Shown piece after piece: positions 8,192 through 17,296 of a stretch of 24,000 bases of DNA. This stretch comes from an uncultured Clostridia bacterium (GTDB taxonomy: Bacteria > Bacillota > Clostridia > Lachnospirales > CAG-274), in contig CATLIG010000002.1 of NCBI GenBank assembly GCA_949948985.1, positions 24,275-48,274 on the forward strand, written 5' to 3'. The position numbers were made by a program, and so were the translations under genes. The notes below the pieces were generated by a model. The model was given only the letters and a program-made list of their open reading frames with translations. It ran no database searches and was not told the origin of the DNA. The stretch's first letter is position 1. The number at the start of each line of letters is the position of its first letter.

Positions 8192-10297
8192 GTGGCAGGT
8201 AGAGCTTGTCCTCTTGAGAGAACTCGTAATATCGGTATTATGGCGCACATTGATGCCGGTAAGACTACTCTCACAGAGCGTATATTATTTTATACAGGCC
8301 GTACTTATAAAATAGGCGATACCCATGAGGGTACTGCTACTATGGACTGGATGGAGCAGGAGCAGGAAAGAGGTATTACAATTACCTCAGCCGCTACTAC
8401 TACCCAGTGGCATATCGGTGACGGCGAAATGCACCGCATTAATATTATAGATACACCGGGTCACGTTGACTTTACTGTTGAGGTTGAACGTTCTTTGCGT
8501 GTTCTTGACGGTTCTGTAGGTGTATTCTGTGCTAAAGGCGGCGTTGAACCTCAGTCTGAAACAGTTTGGAGACAGGCTGACAGATATAATGTTCCTCGTA
8601 TGGCTTTTGTAAACAAAATGGATATTATGGGCGCTGATTTCTATAACGTAGTCAGTATGATAAGAGACAGACTTAACGCAAACGCTGTTCCTGTTCAGAT
8701 TCCTATTGGAGCGGAGGACGACTTTGTAGGTATTATTGACCTTATGGAAATGAAAGCTTATTATTATAACGATAAACAAGGTACGGATGTTGAAATTAAA
8801 GATATTCCCGATGATATGAAAGACAAAGCTGAGGAATTCAGAGCGTCTATGATTGAGGCTATCGCTGAGACAGATGAAGACCTTATGGAAAAATATCTTG
8901 AGGGAGAAGAACTTACTATTCCTGAAATGAAAGCGGCTTTGCGCAAAGCTTGTATCGCATGCGATGCTACTCCTGTTTTCTGTGGTTCGGCATATAGAAA
9001 TAAGGGTGTGCAAAAGCTTCTTGACGGTATTTTGGAATATATGCCGGCTCCTACCGATATACCTTCAATTAAAGGTCACGAGCCCGGCAAAGAAGATGTT
9101 GAGGTTGAAAGACACTCCTCTGATGAGGAACCTTTCGCCGCTCTCGCTTTTAAGATTATGAATGACCCATTTGTCGGTAAGCTTGCTTTCTTCAGAGTTT
9201 ATTCCGGCGTTCTTGAGGCAGGTTCTTATGTATATAACTCAGTTAAAGGCAAAAAAGAGCGTATTGGACGTATTTTGCAGATGCACGCTAACTCACGTCA
9301 GGAAATTGATAAGGTTTACGCCGGAGATATAGCTGCCGCTGTCGGTCTTAAACTGACTACAACAGGTGATACTTTATGTGATGAGAATAACGAGGTTATA
9401 CTTGAGTCCATGAATTTCCCTGACCCTGTTATTTCTGTTGCTATTGAGCCGAAAACAAAGGCCGGTCGTGACAAAATGGGTATCGCTTTGGCTAAACTTG
9501 CGGAGGAAGACCCTACTTTTAAAACTTACACTAATCAAGAAACAGGTCAGACTATTATCGCAGGTATGGGTGAATTGCATCTTGAGATAATTGTAGACCG
9601 TCTGTTAAGAGAGTTTAAGGTTGAGGCCAATGTAGGCGCACCTCAGGTTGCTTATCGTGAGACATTCCGTCATGATGTTGACCAAGAGCATAAATATGCT
9701 AAGCAGTCAGGCGGACGCGGTCAGTATGGTCACTGTAAAGTCAGATTTGAGGTTATGGACGCTAATGCTGACAAGACTTACGAGTTTGTTAATGAGGTTG
9801 TCGGAGGCGCTATTCCTAAGGAATATATTCCGGCGGTTGACAAAGGTATTCAGGATGCTATGCAGGCCGGAGTTATCGGCGGATATCCTGTTGTGGGAGT
9901 AAGAGCTGTATGTTACGATGGGTCTTACCATGAAGTCGACTCATCTGAAATGGCATTCCAGATTGCCGGTTCTATGGCTTTTAAAGAGGCTATGAGAAAG
10001 TCAGACCCAGCACTTTTAGAGCCTATTATGAAAGTTGATGTTACTGTTCCGGAAGATTATATGGGTGATGTAATCGGAGATATAAACAGCCGACGCGGAC
10101 GTATTGAGGGTATGGAACCTGTAAACGGTGTTCAGGTTGTTCATGGTTATGTTCCTTTGGCTGAAATGTTCGGATATTCCACAGACCTTCGTTCTAAGAC
10201 ACAGGGAAGAGGAACTTACTCTATGGAAGTTCATCACTATGAGGCAGTTCCTAAGAGCATTCAGGAAAAGGTCGCTTCAGGCAAGACCGGTGAATAA
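8192..10297 (+). CDS. fusA: Translation elongation factor G
   Basis: [16 protein letters not shown]1 motif, DTPGHVDF, and a length of 701 aa. GTG start with a GAAGGAGG RBS. Confidence 0.97.
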   Translation: MAGRACPLERTRNIGIMAHIDAGKTTLTERILFYTGRTYKIGDTHEGTATMDWMEQEQERGITITSAATTTQWHIGDGEMHRINIIDTPGHVDFTVEVERSLRVLDGSVGVFCAKGGVEPQSETVWRQADRYNVPRMAFVNKMDIMGADFYNVVSMIRDRLNANAVPVQIPIGAEDDFVGIIDLMEMKAYYYNDKQGTDVEIKDIPDDMKDKAEEFRASMIEAIAETDEDLMEKYLEGEELTIPEMKAALRKACIACDATPVFCGSAYRNKGVQKLLDGILEYMPAPTDIPSIKGHEPGKEDVEVERHSSDEEPFAALAFKIMNDPFVGKLAFFRVYSGVLEAGSYVYNSVKGKKERIGRILQMHANSRQEIDKVYAGDIAAAVGLKLTTTGDTLCDENNEVILESMNFPDPVISVAIEPKTKAGRDKMGIALAKLAEEDPTFKTYTNQETGQTIIAGMGELHLEIIVDRLLREFKVEANVGAPQVAYRETFRHDVDQEHKYAKQSGGRGQYGHCKVRFEVMDANADKTYEFVNEVVGGAIPKEYIPAVDKGIQDAMQAGVIGGYPVVGVRAVCYDGSYHEVDSSEMAFQIAGSMAFKEAMRKSDPALLEPIMKVDVTVPEDYMGDVIGDINSRRGRIEGMEPVNGVQVVHGYVPLAEMFGYSTDLRSKTQGRGTYSMEVHHYEAVPKSIQEKVASGKTGE

Positions 10298-10305
10298 AAA
10301 AGTTC

Positions 10306-10334
10306 TTGCATAATTATAGAAAATCAGATATAAT
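10306..10334 (+). promoter_or_regulatory. Putative internal promoter for tuf
   Basis: TTGCAT (10306-10311), a 17-nt spacer, then TATAAT (10329-10334), in the fusA-tuf gap. Confidence 0.5.
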
Positions 10335-10391
10335 AATCATATATATAAACTAAACTAAATTTAATTTTACTTTTTTAAGGAGGAAATTTTA

Positions 10392-11579
10392 ATGGCTAAG
10401 GCAAAATTTGAAAGAACCAAACCTCATGTTAATATTGGTACTATCGGTCACGTTGACCATGGTAAAACAACATTAACAGCCGCTATTACTAAAACTTTAC
10501 ATGAAAGATATCAGCTTGGCGAAGAAGTTGCTTTTGATAAAATCGACAAAGCACCTGAAGAAAAAGAAAGAGGTATTACTATTTCTACTACTCACGTTGA
10601 GTATGAAACTCCTAACAGACATTACGCTCACGTTGACTGCCCAGGTCATGCCGATTATGTTAAAAACATGATTACAGGAGCAGCTCAGATGGACGGCGCT
10701 ATCCTTGTTGTTGCAGCTACAGATGGTCCTATGGCTCAGACAAGAGAGCATATCCTTCTTTCACGTCAGGTTGGGGTTCCTAAAATTGTTGTTTTCATGA
10801 ACAAATGTGACATGGTTGATGATGAGGAACTCCTTGACCTTGTTGAAATGGAAATAAGTGAGCTTTTGGCTGAATATGGTTTTGAGGATTCTCCTATTGT
10901 AAGAGGTTCTGCTTATCAGGCTCTTCAAGACCCGTCAGGCGAATGGGGCGATGCTATTATTAAATTATTTGAAACTGTAGACGAATATATTCCTAATCCT
11001 GAGAGAGATTCAGACAAACCTTTCCTTATGCCTGTTGAGGACGTATTCTCTATTACAGGCCGTGGTACTGTTGCTACAGGTAGAGTTGAACGTGGTGTTC
11101 TTAAAGTTAACGATGAGGTTGAAATCGTTGGTATCGTTGACGAGGCTCGTAAAGTAGTTGTTACTGGTATTGAAATGTTCCGTAAACTTCTTGATGAGGC
11201 TGAAGCGGGCGATAATGTTGGTACTCTTTTACGTGGTGTTCAGAGAAACGAAATTGAAAGAGGACAGGTTCTCGCTAAACCGGGTACTATTACTCCTCAT
11301 ACTAAATTTACCGCTCAGGTTTACGTTTTGACAGCTGACGAGGGTGGTCGTCATAAACCTTTCTTCAACAACTATCGTCCTCAGTTCTATTTCAGAACAA
11401 CAGACGTTACTGGTGTTATCTCATTACCTGAAGGTACTGAAATGTGTATGCCTGGTGATAACGTTGAAATGACTGTTGAGCTTATCAGTCCAATCGCTAT
11501 GGAGCAGGGACTTCGTTTCGCTATTCGTGAAGGCGGACGTACTGTTGGTTCTGGTTCTGTTGTTTCTGTTATTGAGTAA
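10392..11579 (+). CDS. tuf: Translation elongation factor Tu
   Basis: [36 protein letters not shown] and NKCD motifs, 395 aa. AAGGAGG RBS. Confidence 0.98.
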   Translation: MAKAKFERTKPHVNIGTIGHVDHGKTTLTAAITKTLHERYQLGEEVAFDKIDKAPEEKERGITISTTHVEYETPNRHYAHVDCPGHADYVKNMITGAAQMDGAILVVAATDGPMAQTREHILLSRQVGVPKIVVFMNKCDMVDDEELLDLVEMEISELLAEYGFEDSPIVRGSAYQALQDPSGEWGDAIIKLFETVDEYIPNPERDSDKPFLMPVEDVFSITGRGTVATGRVERGVLKVNDEVEIVGIVDEARKVVVTGIEMFRKLLDEAEAGDNVGTLLRGVQRNEIERGQVLAKPGTITPHTKFTAQVYVLTADEGGRHKPFFNNYRPQFYFRTTDVTGVISLPEGTEMCMPGDNVEMTVELISPIAMEQGLRFAIREGGRTVGSGSVVSVIE

Positions 11580-11602
11580 TATTGTTTATTTTATATAAAT
11601 CT

Positions 11603-11642
11603 GTAAAAGCCGTTAGGTTTCGCCTAATGGCTTTTACTTTTT
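11603..11642 (+). terminator. Rho-independent terminator after tuf
   Basis: A 15-bp stem GTAAAAGCCGTTAGG / CCTAATGGCTTTTAC (one G-U pair), a 5-nt loop, then TTTTT. Confidence 0.85.
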
Positions 11643-11657
11643 GAAAGGTGTATATTT

Positions 11658-12167
11658 ATGAAAATAAAATTAATTATGTTTATATTTATTATAACGATAT
11701 TATCTGGCTGTTCCGATACAGACGATAATATTACTTTTGAAACTGAAAGCAACGAAACTGTTGAAAATAACAGTATTAATTTAAAATATGCTAAGGTATC
11801 GGATTTTCTCGAAACTGAAGCAAGAAAAACATTTTCTGATTATTATGAACTAATTGATTTTGAAATAAGTGACTATAATGAAACTGTTGTAGGGGAAAAT
11901 ACAGAGGTATTGCTGAATTACAAGATAATTTACAAAAATTATGACAAAGACCCTGATACTGTTGATTATATAAAATCGGCAAAAGAAAACAAAGACCCGC
12001 ATTATAAAACTCTTTATAACGAATATCTGGAAAAAAAGGATATGAATATGGAAATTAAAGCTGTTATAGATAAAAATGATGAAATATTGTTATATACAGA
12101 CTATGACCCTACAGAAAAAATAGAGTGGGTAGAATTTAAAATGTCAGACAGTATTTTAAACAAATAA
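11658..12167 (+). CDS. Hypothetical lipoprotein
   Basis: The signal peptide has a lipobox (MKIKLIMFIFIITILSG|C). The mature part is acidic and Asn/Asp/Glu-rich. I recognise no family. Confidence 0.7.
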   Translation: MKIKLIMFIFIITILSGCSDTDDNITFETESNETVENNSINLKYAKVSDFLETEARKTFSDYYELIDFEISDYNETVVGENTEVLLNYKIIYKNYDKDPDTVDYIKSAKENKDPHYKTLYNEYLEKKDMNMEIKAVIDKNDEILLYTDYDPTEKIEWVEFKMSDSILNK

Positions 12168-12274
12168 ATTGTTGCTATTTTTTCAGCCTTATAGTAAAAT
12201 ATAAAATAAGTTATTTTATTTTTTTATTACGGCAGAGCTTTATTTTACTGTTCTGCCGAATATGAAAGGCTGTG

Positions 12275-13099
12275 ATGATAGGGTTGGAAAACAAGCTTAA
12301 ACTTTATGGTTTTAACAATCTCACAAAGACTTTGAGCTTTAATATATATGATGTTTGTTATGCTAAAAGCGAAAGAGAACAAAAGGATTATATAGCGTAT
12401 ATTGACGAGCAGTATAATTCAGAAAGACTTACAAATATACTTTGTGATGTTACAAAGATGATTGGCGCTCATGTTTTGAATATTTCCAAGCAGGATTATG
12501 AACCTCAGGGCGCAAGCGTTACTATTCTTATTACAGAAAGAGGACTTTCACTTTCTGATGAAAAAAACGGAAATAAGGCTGAAGCTGAAATTGTCGGAAA
12601 AAGGCAAAGCGTTGTATCACATCTTGATAAAAGTCATGTTACCGTTCATTCTTATCCGGAATATCATCCTGATAACTCTATCGCTACATTTCGTGTTGAT
12701 ATAGACGTATCAACCTGCGGTCAGATTTCACCCCTTAATACTCTTGATTATCTTATTGACAGTTTTGATTCTGATATTATTACAACAGATTACCGTGTCA
12801 GAGGTTTTACAAGAGATGTGGACGGAAAAAAGCTTTTTATGGACCACAATATTACAAGTATTCAGGATTATATAAATGATAAAACCCTTGAAAAATATGA
12901 CGCTATTGATATAAATGTTTATCAGGCAAATATTTTTCACACTAAACTCCTTATTAAAGAAATTGATTTGCAGAATTATCTTTTTAATACAGATGTTTAT
13001 GAGCTTCAGCCTAAAGAAAGGCTTAAAATTACAAACAGCCTGAGAAGAGAAATGATTGAGATTTTTAGCGGAAGTAATGTTTTTACAGCAAAAGAATAA
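12275..13099 (+). CDS. speD: S-adenosylmethionine decarboxylase proenzyme, long E. coli-type
   Basis: It is collinear with my recollection of E. coli SpeD ([54 protein letters not shown]). The self-cleavage motif HLDK-S-H has its Ser codon at 12632-12634. The start is either ATG 12275 or the adjacent GTG 12272. Confidence 0.92.
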   Translation: MIGLENKLKLYGFNNLTKTLSFNIYDVCYAKSEREQKDYIAYIDEQYNSERLTNILCDVTKMIGAHVLNISKQDYEPQGASVTILITERGLSLSDEKNGNKAEAEIVGKRQSVVSHLDKSHVTVHSYPEYHPDNSIATFRVDIDVSTCGQISPLNTLDYLIDSFDSDIITTDYRVRGFTRDVDGKKLFMDHNITSIQDYINDKTLEKYDAIDINVYQANIFHTKLLIKEIDLQNYLFNTDVYELQPKERLKITNSLRREMIEIFSGSNVFTAKE

Positions 13100-13142
13100 A
13101 CAATAATGCTTTGATAAATCTCATTTATCAAAACATTATTGT
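13100..13142. repeat. 20-bp-arm palindrome between speD and the decarboxylase gene
   Basis: ACAATAATGCTTTGATAAAT-CTC-ATTTATCAAAACATTATTGT has a single C/A mismatch in 20 bp. It starts directly after the speD stop codon. Confidence 0.8.
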
Positions 13143-13183
13143 TTCGTATTGAAAATTCTGAAGATTGCTATAACAGAGGTATT

Positions 13184-14653
13184 ATGATGTATAAATTTGA
13201 CCAAAGTAAGATGCCTATTTATGAGGCTCTTGAAAAATATAAGTCTATGAGGGTTGTTCCGTTTGATGTACCCGGACATAAAAGGGGCAGGGGAAACAAA
13301 GAGCTTACGGATTTTCTTGGTGAAAGATGTATGACCGTTGATGTCAACTCAATGAAACCTTTGGATAATCTTTGTCATCCGGTTTCTGTAATAAAAGAGG
13401 CGGAGGAGCTTACTGCCGACGCTTTTGGAGCGAAATACGCTTTTTTTATGATTAACGGAACTACATCAGCTGTTCAGTCTATGGTTCTTACAGCCTGCAA
13501 AAGGGGCGAAAAAATTATTATGCCAAGAAATGTTCACAGAAGCGCTATTAACGCTCTTGTTATAAGCGGAGCTGTTCCTGTGTATGTAAATCCTGGTACT
13601 AACGATTCTCTTGGTATTGCTTTAGGTATGTCTATTGAAGATGTTGAATGCGCTATTTTATCTAATCCCGATGCTAAGGCGGTATTAGTAAATAATCCTA
13701 CTTATTATGGTATATGTTCGCCTCTTAAAGATATTGTGGAGCTTGCGCACAGGCATAATATGCTTGTACTTGCAGACGAGGCCCACGGGACTCACTTTTA
13801 TTTTAATGACAGTCTTCCTATGTCGGCTATGGAAGCAGGCGCAGATATGGCGGCGGTGAGTATGCACAAAACGGGAGGCTCTCTTACTCAAAGCTCATTT
13901 TTGCTTATTAATAACGATATAAGCAAGGGATATGTAAGACAAATTATAAATCTGACTCAAACTACAAGCGGGTCTTATTTACTTATGTCATCTCTTGACA
14001 TTTCAAGAAAAAATCTCGCCTTGAACGGAAAAGAAATTTTTGACAGGGTTTCATTTCTCGCGGACTACGCAAGAGAGGAAATTAACAAAATAGGTGGATT
14101 TTACGCCTATGGACGGGAACTTATAAACGGAAACACGGTGTTTGACTTTGATATTACAAAGCTTTCCGTACATACAAAAAATATTGGACTTGCCGGTATT
14201 GAGGTTTATGATATTTTAAGAGATGATTATGGTATTCAGATTGAGTTTGGAGATATTGGAAATATACTCGCTATTATTTCAGTGGGTGATAAAGCTCTCG
14301 CTATTGAAAGGCTTATTTCAGCTATGTCAGAAATAAAAAGGCTTTACTCTAAAGATAAAAAGGGTATGTTTGACCATGAGTATATAAATCCTCTTGTGGC
14401 CATGACACCTCAGAGCGCTTTTTACGCTCCTAAGGTTTCCATTCCTATTGAAAAAAGCTATGGTAAAATATGCAGTGAGTTTGTTATGTGTTATCCTCCG
14501 GGAATTCCTATTTTAGCTCCCGGAGAATATATTACAAAAGATATTTTAAATTATATAGCTTACGCTAAAGAAAAAGGGTGTTTTCTTACAGGTACAGAAG
14601 ATATTTATATTAACAACATAAATGTTGTTTCTGAATACGACAGTGAGGTATAA
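13184..14653 (+). CDS. PLP-dependent Orn/Lys/Arg decarboxylase family enzyme (B. subtilis SpeA-like); substrate not determinable from sequence
   Basis: FDVPGHKRG N-terminal motif, the SMHKTGGSLTQ PLP-lysine motif, and a length of ~489 aa. I prefer the ATG at 13184 or 13187 over the non-ATG track start at 13139. Confidence 0.85.
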   Translation: MMYKFDQSKMPIYEALEKYKSMRVVPFDVPGHKRGRGNKELTDFLGERCMTVDVNSMKPLDNLCHPVSVIKEAEELTADAFGAKYAFFMINGTTSAVQSMVLTACKRGEKIIMPRNVHRSAINALVISGAVPVYVNPGTNDSLGIALGMSIEDVECAILSNPDAKAVLVNNPTYYGICSPLKDIVELAHRHNMLVLADEAHGTHFYFNDSLPMSAMEAGADMAAVSMHKTGGSLTQSSFLLINNDISKGYVRQIINLTQTTSGSYLLMSSLDISRKNLALNGKEIFDRVSFLADYAREEINKIGGFYAYGRELINGNTVFDFDITKLSVHTKNIGLAGIEVYDILRDDYGIQIEFGDIGNILAIISVGDKALAIERLISAMSEIKRLYSKDKKGMFDHEYINPLVAMTPQSAFYAPKVSIPIEKSYGKICSEFVMCYPPGIPILAPGEYITKDILNYIAYAKEKGCFLTGTEDIYINNINVVSEYDSEV

Positions 14654-14672
14654 TATAAAGGAGTAGGTTTTT

Positions 14673-15515
14673 GTGGAATTATGGTATACGGAAGAGCATA
14701 GCCCTGACGTAAGATTTTCTATCAGGGTAGATAAACATTTATATTCTGAAAAAAGCAGTTTTCAGCGTATTGATATTATGAAGTCTAACGAGTTTGGCGT
14801 ATTTCTGACATTGGATAGTCTTATGATGGTTACGGAAAAGGACGAATTTATTTACCATGATATGATTGTTCATGTTCCTATGGCGGTTAACCCAAATATA
14901 AAAAAGGTTCTCGTTATTGGCGGAGGTGACGGTGGCACTGTAAGAGAGCTTACAAAATATAATTCTGTACAGGAAATTGATTTGGTGGAAATTGATGAAA
15001 TGGTGGTTTCGGCATGCAGAAAATATTTGCCCCAGACTGCCTGCAAGCTGTCAGAAGACAGAGTTAATATTTTTTATGAGGATGGTCTTAAATTTGTAAG
15101 AAAGAAAGAGGGATATTACGACCTTATAATTGTTGATTCAACAGACCCTTTTGGCCCCGGTGAGGGGCTTTTTACAAAAGAATTTTATGGTAATTGTTAC
15201 AAGGCTCTTAATGATTGGGGTATACTTGTAAATCAGCATGAAAGTCCTTATTACAAAGTTTATGCGGAATCCCTTAAACTGGCAAATGAAAGGATAAAAC
15301 AATTTTTTCCAATTACAAAGCTATATCAGGCACATATTCCGACTTATCCATCTGGTCACTGGCTTTTTGGATTTGCTTCCAAGAAATTTGACCCTATAGA
15401 CGGTCTTGACGAGGGCAGATGGAATAATTTACGGATAAAAACAAAATACTATAATACAGAATTACACAAAGGGTCTTTTGCTCTGCCTAATTACGTAAAA
15501 GAGCTTTTAAGCTAA
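14673..15515 (+). CDS. speE: Spermidine synthase (aminopropyltransferase)
   Basis: ELWYTE N-terminus, VLVIGGGDGGTVRE, and DLIIVDSTDPFGPGEGLF. GTG start with AAGGAG 9 nt upstream. Confidence 0.93.
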   Translation: MELWYTEEHSPDVRFSIRVDKHLYSEKSSFQRIDIMKSNEFGVFLTLDSLMMVTEKDEFIYHDMIVHVPMAVNPNIKKVLVIGGGDGGTVRELTKYNSVQEIDLVEIDEMVVSACRKYLPQTACKLSEDRVNIFYEDGLKFVRKKEGYYDLIIVDSTDPFGPGEGLFTKEFYGNCYKALNDWGILVNQHESPYYKVYAESLKLANERIKQFFPITKLYQAHIPTYPSGHWLFGFASKKFDPIDGLDEGRWNNLRIKTKYYNTELHKGSFALPNYVKELLS

Positions 15516-15598
15516 AAACCGTAGACGCGGTTTAGTTACTAATTTAATGATAAAACCGTGGACTCTGTCCACACCTGCCCGCTTTTTTGAAAAAAAGC

Positions 15599-15710
15599 GG
15601 GGCAAAAAACTTTAAAATTGAAGATATGAAAAAAGTGGTAAGAATTAAATTTAACTGTATTTTTAATTTCGAAAAGCTAAAAAATGTAAAAATTAAAATT
15701 GCCGACAATT
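15599..15710 (+). repeat. Copy 2 of the ~113-nt AT-rich dispersed intergenic repeat (partner at 4095-4207)
   Basis: See copy 1. Here the repeat is preceded by a GC-clamped A/T palindrome (15577-15603) and a GTGGAC-TCT-GTCCAC hairpin (15558-15572). Confidence 0.8.
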
Positions 15711-15825
15711 TTAATTATCAATAGCAAAGCCAATGATTTGTGTTACAGGTCAAGGGACAGAGTGTGCTAAAAATTTTTTGAATTGCCATAGATTGTGTAA
15801 GAATTTTAAAACGGAGGATAAAATA

Positions 15826-17025
15826 ATGGGAAAAGCATTAATAATCGGAGCAGGCGGAGTTGCTGGAGTTGTTGTTCATAAATGTTGTCAGAACTCTGAT
15901 GTTTTTGAGGAAATTTGTATTGCAAGCAGAACTAAATCAAAATGCGACGCTCTTAAAAAAAAGCTTGACGGAGGAAAAACAAAAATTTGTACCGAACAGG
16001 TTGACGCTGACAATACAGAGGAGCTTATTACTCTTATTAATAAATTTAATCCTGATATTGTTATTAATGTAGCGCTTCCTTATCAGGACTTGACTATTAT
16101 GGACGCTTGTTTGGCGACAAAAACGGATTATGTGGATACCGCTAATTATGAGCCTCTAGATACCGCTAAATTTGAGTATAAATGGCAGTGGGCATACAGA
16201 GAACGCTTTGAAAAGGCGGGAATTACGGCTCTTTTGGGAAGCGGATTTGACCCGGGTGTTACCGGTGTTTTCTGCTCTTACGCTCAAAAGCATTATTTTG
16301 ATGAGATTCATTATATCGATATTCTTGACGCAAATGCCGGTGACCACGGCTATCCTTTTGCCACTAATTTTAATCCTGAAATAAACATAAGAGAGATTAC
16401 GGCAAAGGGAAGTTATATTGAAAACGGTAAATGGATTGAAACAGAACCACTTGAAGTAAAAAAAGTTTATAATTTCCCTGAGATAGGTCAAAAAGATATA
16501 TATTTACTGCATCACGAGGAATTGGAGTCCCTCGCACTCAATATTAACGGCATTAAAAGAATACGTTTTTTTATGACATTCTCACAAAAGTATCTTACTC
16601 ATCTTAATGTACTTCAAAATGTTGGAATGACTTCTATTGTACCTATTGACTATGAAGGTAAAAAAATTGTTCCGCTACAGTTTTTAAAGGCTGTTTTGCC
16701 TGACCCGGCATCTTTGGGACCCAGAACAAAGGGAAAAACAAATATTGGCTGTATTATGCGGGGCGTTAAAGACGGAGTTTCTAAAAATTATTATGTTTAT
16801 AATGTATGTGACCATCAGGAATGTTACAAGGAAGTTGGTTCTCAGGCGATTTCTTATACTACAGGGGTTCCTGCTATGATTGGAGCGTCTATGGTTATGA
16901 CAGGCAAGTGGAAAAAGCCGGGGGTTTACAATATTGAAGAATTTGACCCTGACCCGTTTATGGAGGCTCTTAATAAATTTGGACTTCCGTGGAAAGAAAG
17001 TTTTGAACCGGATTTGGTTGACTGA
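15826..17025 (+). CDS. Carboxy(nor)spermidine dehydrogenase/synthase (saccharopine dehydrogenase family)
   Basis: ALIIGAGGVAGVV NAD(P)-binding N-terminus, a length of ~399 aa, and adjacency to carboxynorspermidine decarboxylase. I prefer the ATG at 15826 (GGAGG 8 nt upstream) over the track start at 15733, which runs into the repeat. Confidence 0.85.
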   Translation: MGKALIIGAGGVAGVVVHKCCQNSDVFEEICIASRTKSKCDALKKKLDGGKTKICTEQVDADNTEELITLINKFNPDIVINVALPYQDLTIMDACLATKTDYVDTANYEPLDTAKFEYKWQWAYRERFEKAGITALLGSGFDPGVTGVFCSYAQKHYFDEIHYIDILDANAGDHGYPFATNFNPEINIREITAKGSYIENGKWIETEPLEVKKVYNFPEIGQKDIYLLHHEELESLALNINGIKRIRFFMTFSQKYLTHLNVLQNVGMTSIVPIDYEGKKIVPLQFLKAVLPDPASLGPRTKGKTNIGCIMRGVKDGVSKNYYVYNVCDHQECYKEVGSQAISYTTGVPAMIGASMVMTGKWKKPGVYNIEEFDPDPFMEALNKFGLPWKESFEPDLVD

Positions 17026-17033
17026 TAAAAGAT

Positions 17034-17114
17034 AATAGACTTCTTTCGGAGCTTTACAGCAATTCCGGCAGTAATGGAATTGCTGTAATTGTGTAGTTTC
17101 GAAAGAAGTCTATT
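17034..17114. repeat. 81-nt nested double hairpin / palindromic element
   Basis: A perfect 15-bp outer stem (AATAGACTTCTTTCG 17034-17048 / CGAAAGAAGTCTATT 17100-17114) and a perfect 13-bp inner stem (TTACAGCAATTCC 17054-17066 / GGAATTGCTGTAA 17076-17088). Confidence 0.85.
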
Positions 17115-17158
17115 GTGAATAACAAAAATTGATTAACTAGGCGCGTCAATTATTATTC

Positions 17159-17187
17159 TTTACAATGAACTGTTCTTTTGGTATAAT
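17159..17187 (+). promoter_or_regulatory. Putative sigma-A promoter for the carboxynorspermidine decarboxylase gene
   Basis: TTTACA (17159-17164), a 17-nt spacer, then TATAAT (17182-17187), with an extended -10 TG at 17179-17180. Confidence 0.6.
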
Positions 17188-17296
17188 ACAATTATGATTT
17201 AACCTGTAACTAAACAATAAAAGAACAAACATAGAATTTTTAACAAAACATCGTTTATTATTTATTTTGTTATAGAAAATAAAAGAGGATTTAAAA

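Noticed and set aside
8387-9013. A 208-aa ORF on the - strand inside fusA
   Set aside because: It is entirely antisense to a strongly supported EF-G gene. It has low-complexity, Ser/Asn/Phe/Ile-rich composition, no RBS and no recognisable motif. This is the typical shadow ORF of a codon-biased gene.
13112-13130. TGATAAAT-CTC-ATTTATCA core of the speD-downstream palindrome as a Fur/PerR-type box
   Set aside because: The half-sites resemble TGATAAT, but the arrangement is 8-3-8 rather than the 7-1-7 of Fur-family boxes. It also sits inside an operon rather than at a promoter.
4095-15710. The two direct 113-nt repeats as boundaries (att-like sites) of an 11.5-kb island
   Set aside because: The enclosed genes are core housekeeping (htpG, rpsL, rpsG, fusA, tuf, speD/E). 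No integrase, tRNA or obvious compositional break is present. Recombination between the repeats would delete essential genes.
15626-15724. A 32-aa ORF (MKKVVRIKFNCIFNFEKLKNVKIKIADNFNYQ) inside repeat copy 2
   Set aside because: In copy 1 the start codon is ATA, and a 1-nt indel changes the frame near the end. Substitutions between the copies show no third-position bias, and there is no Shine-Dalgarno. It is most likely non-coding.
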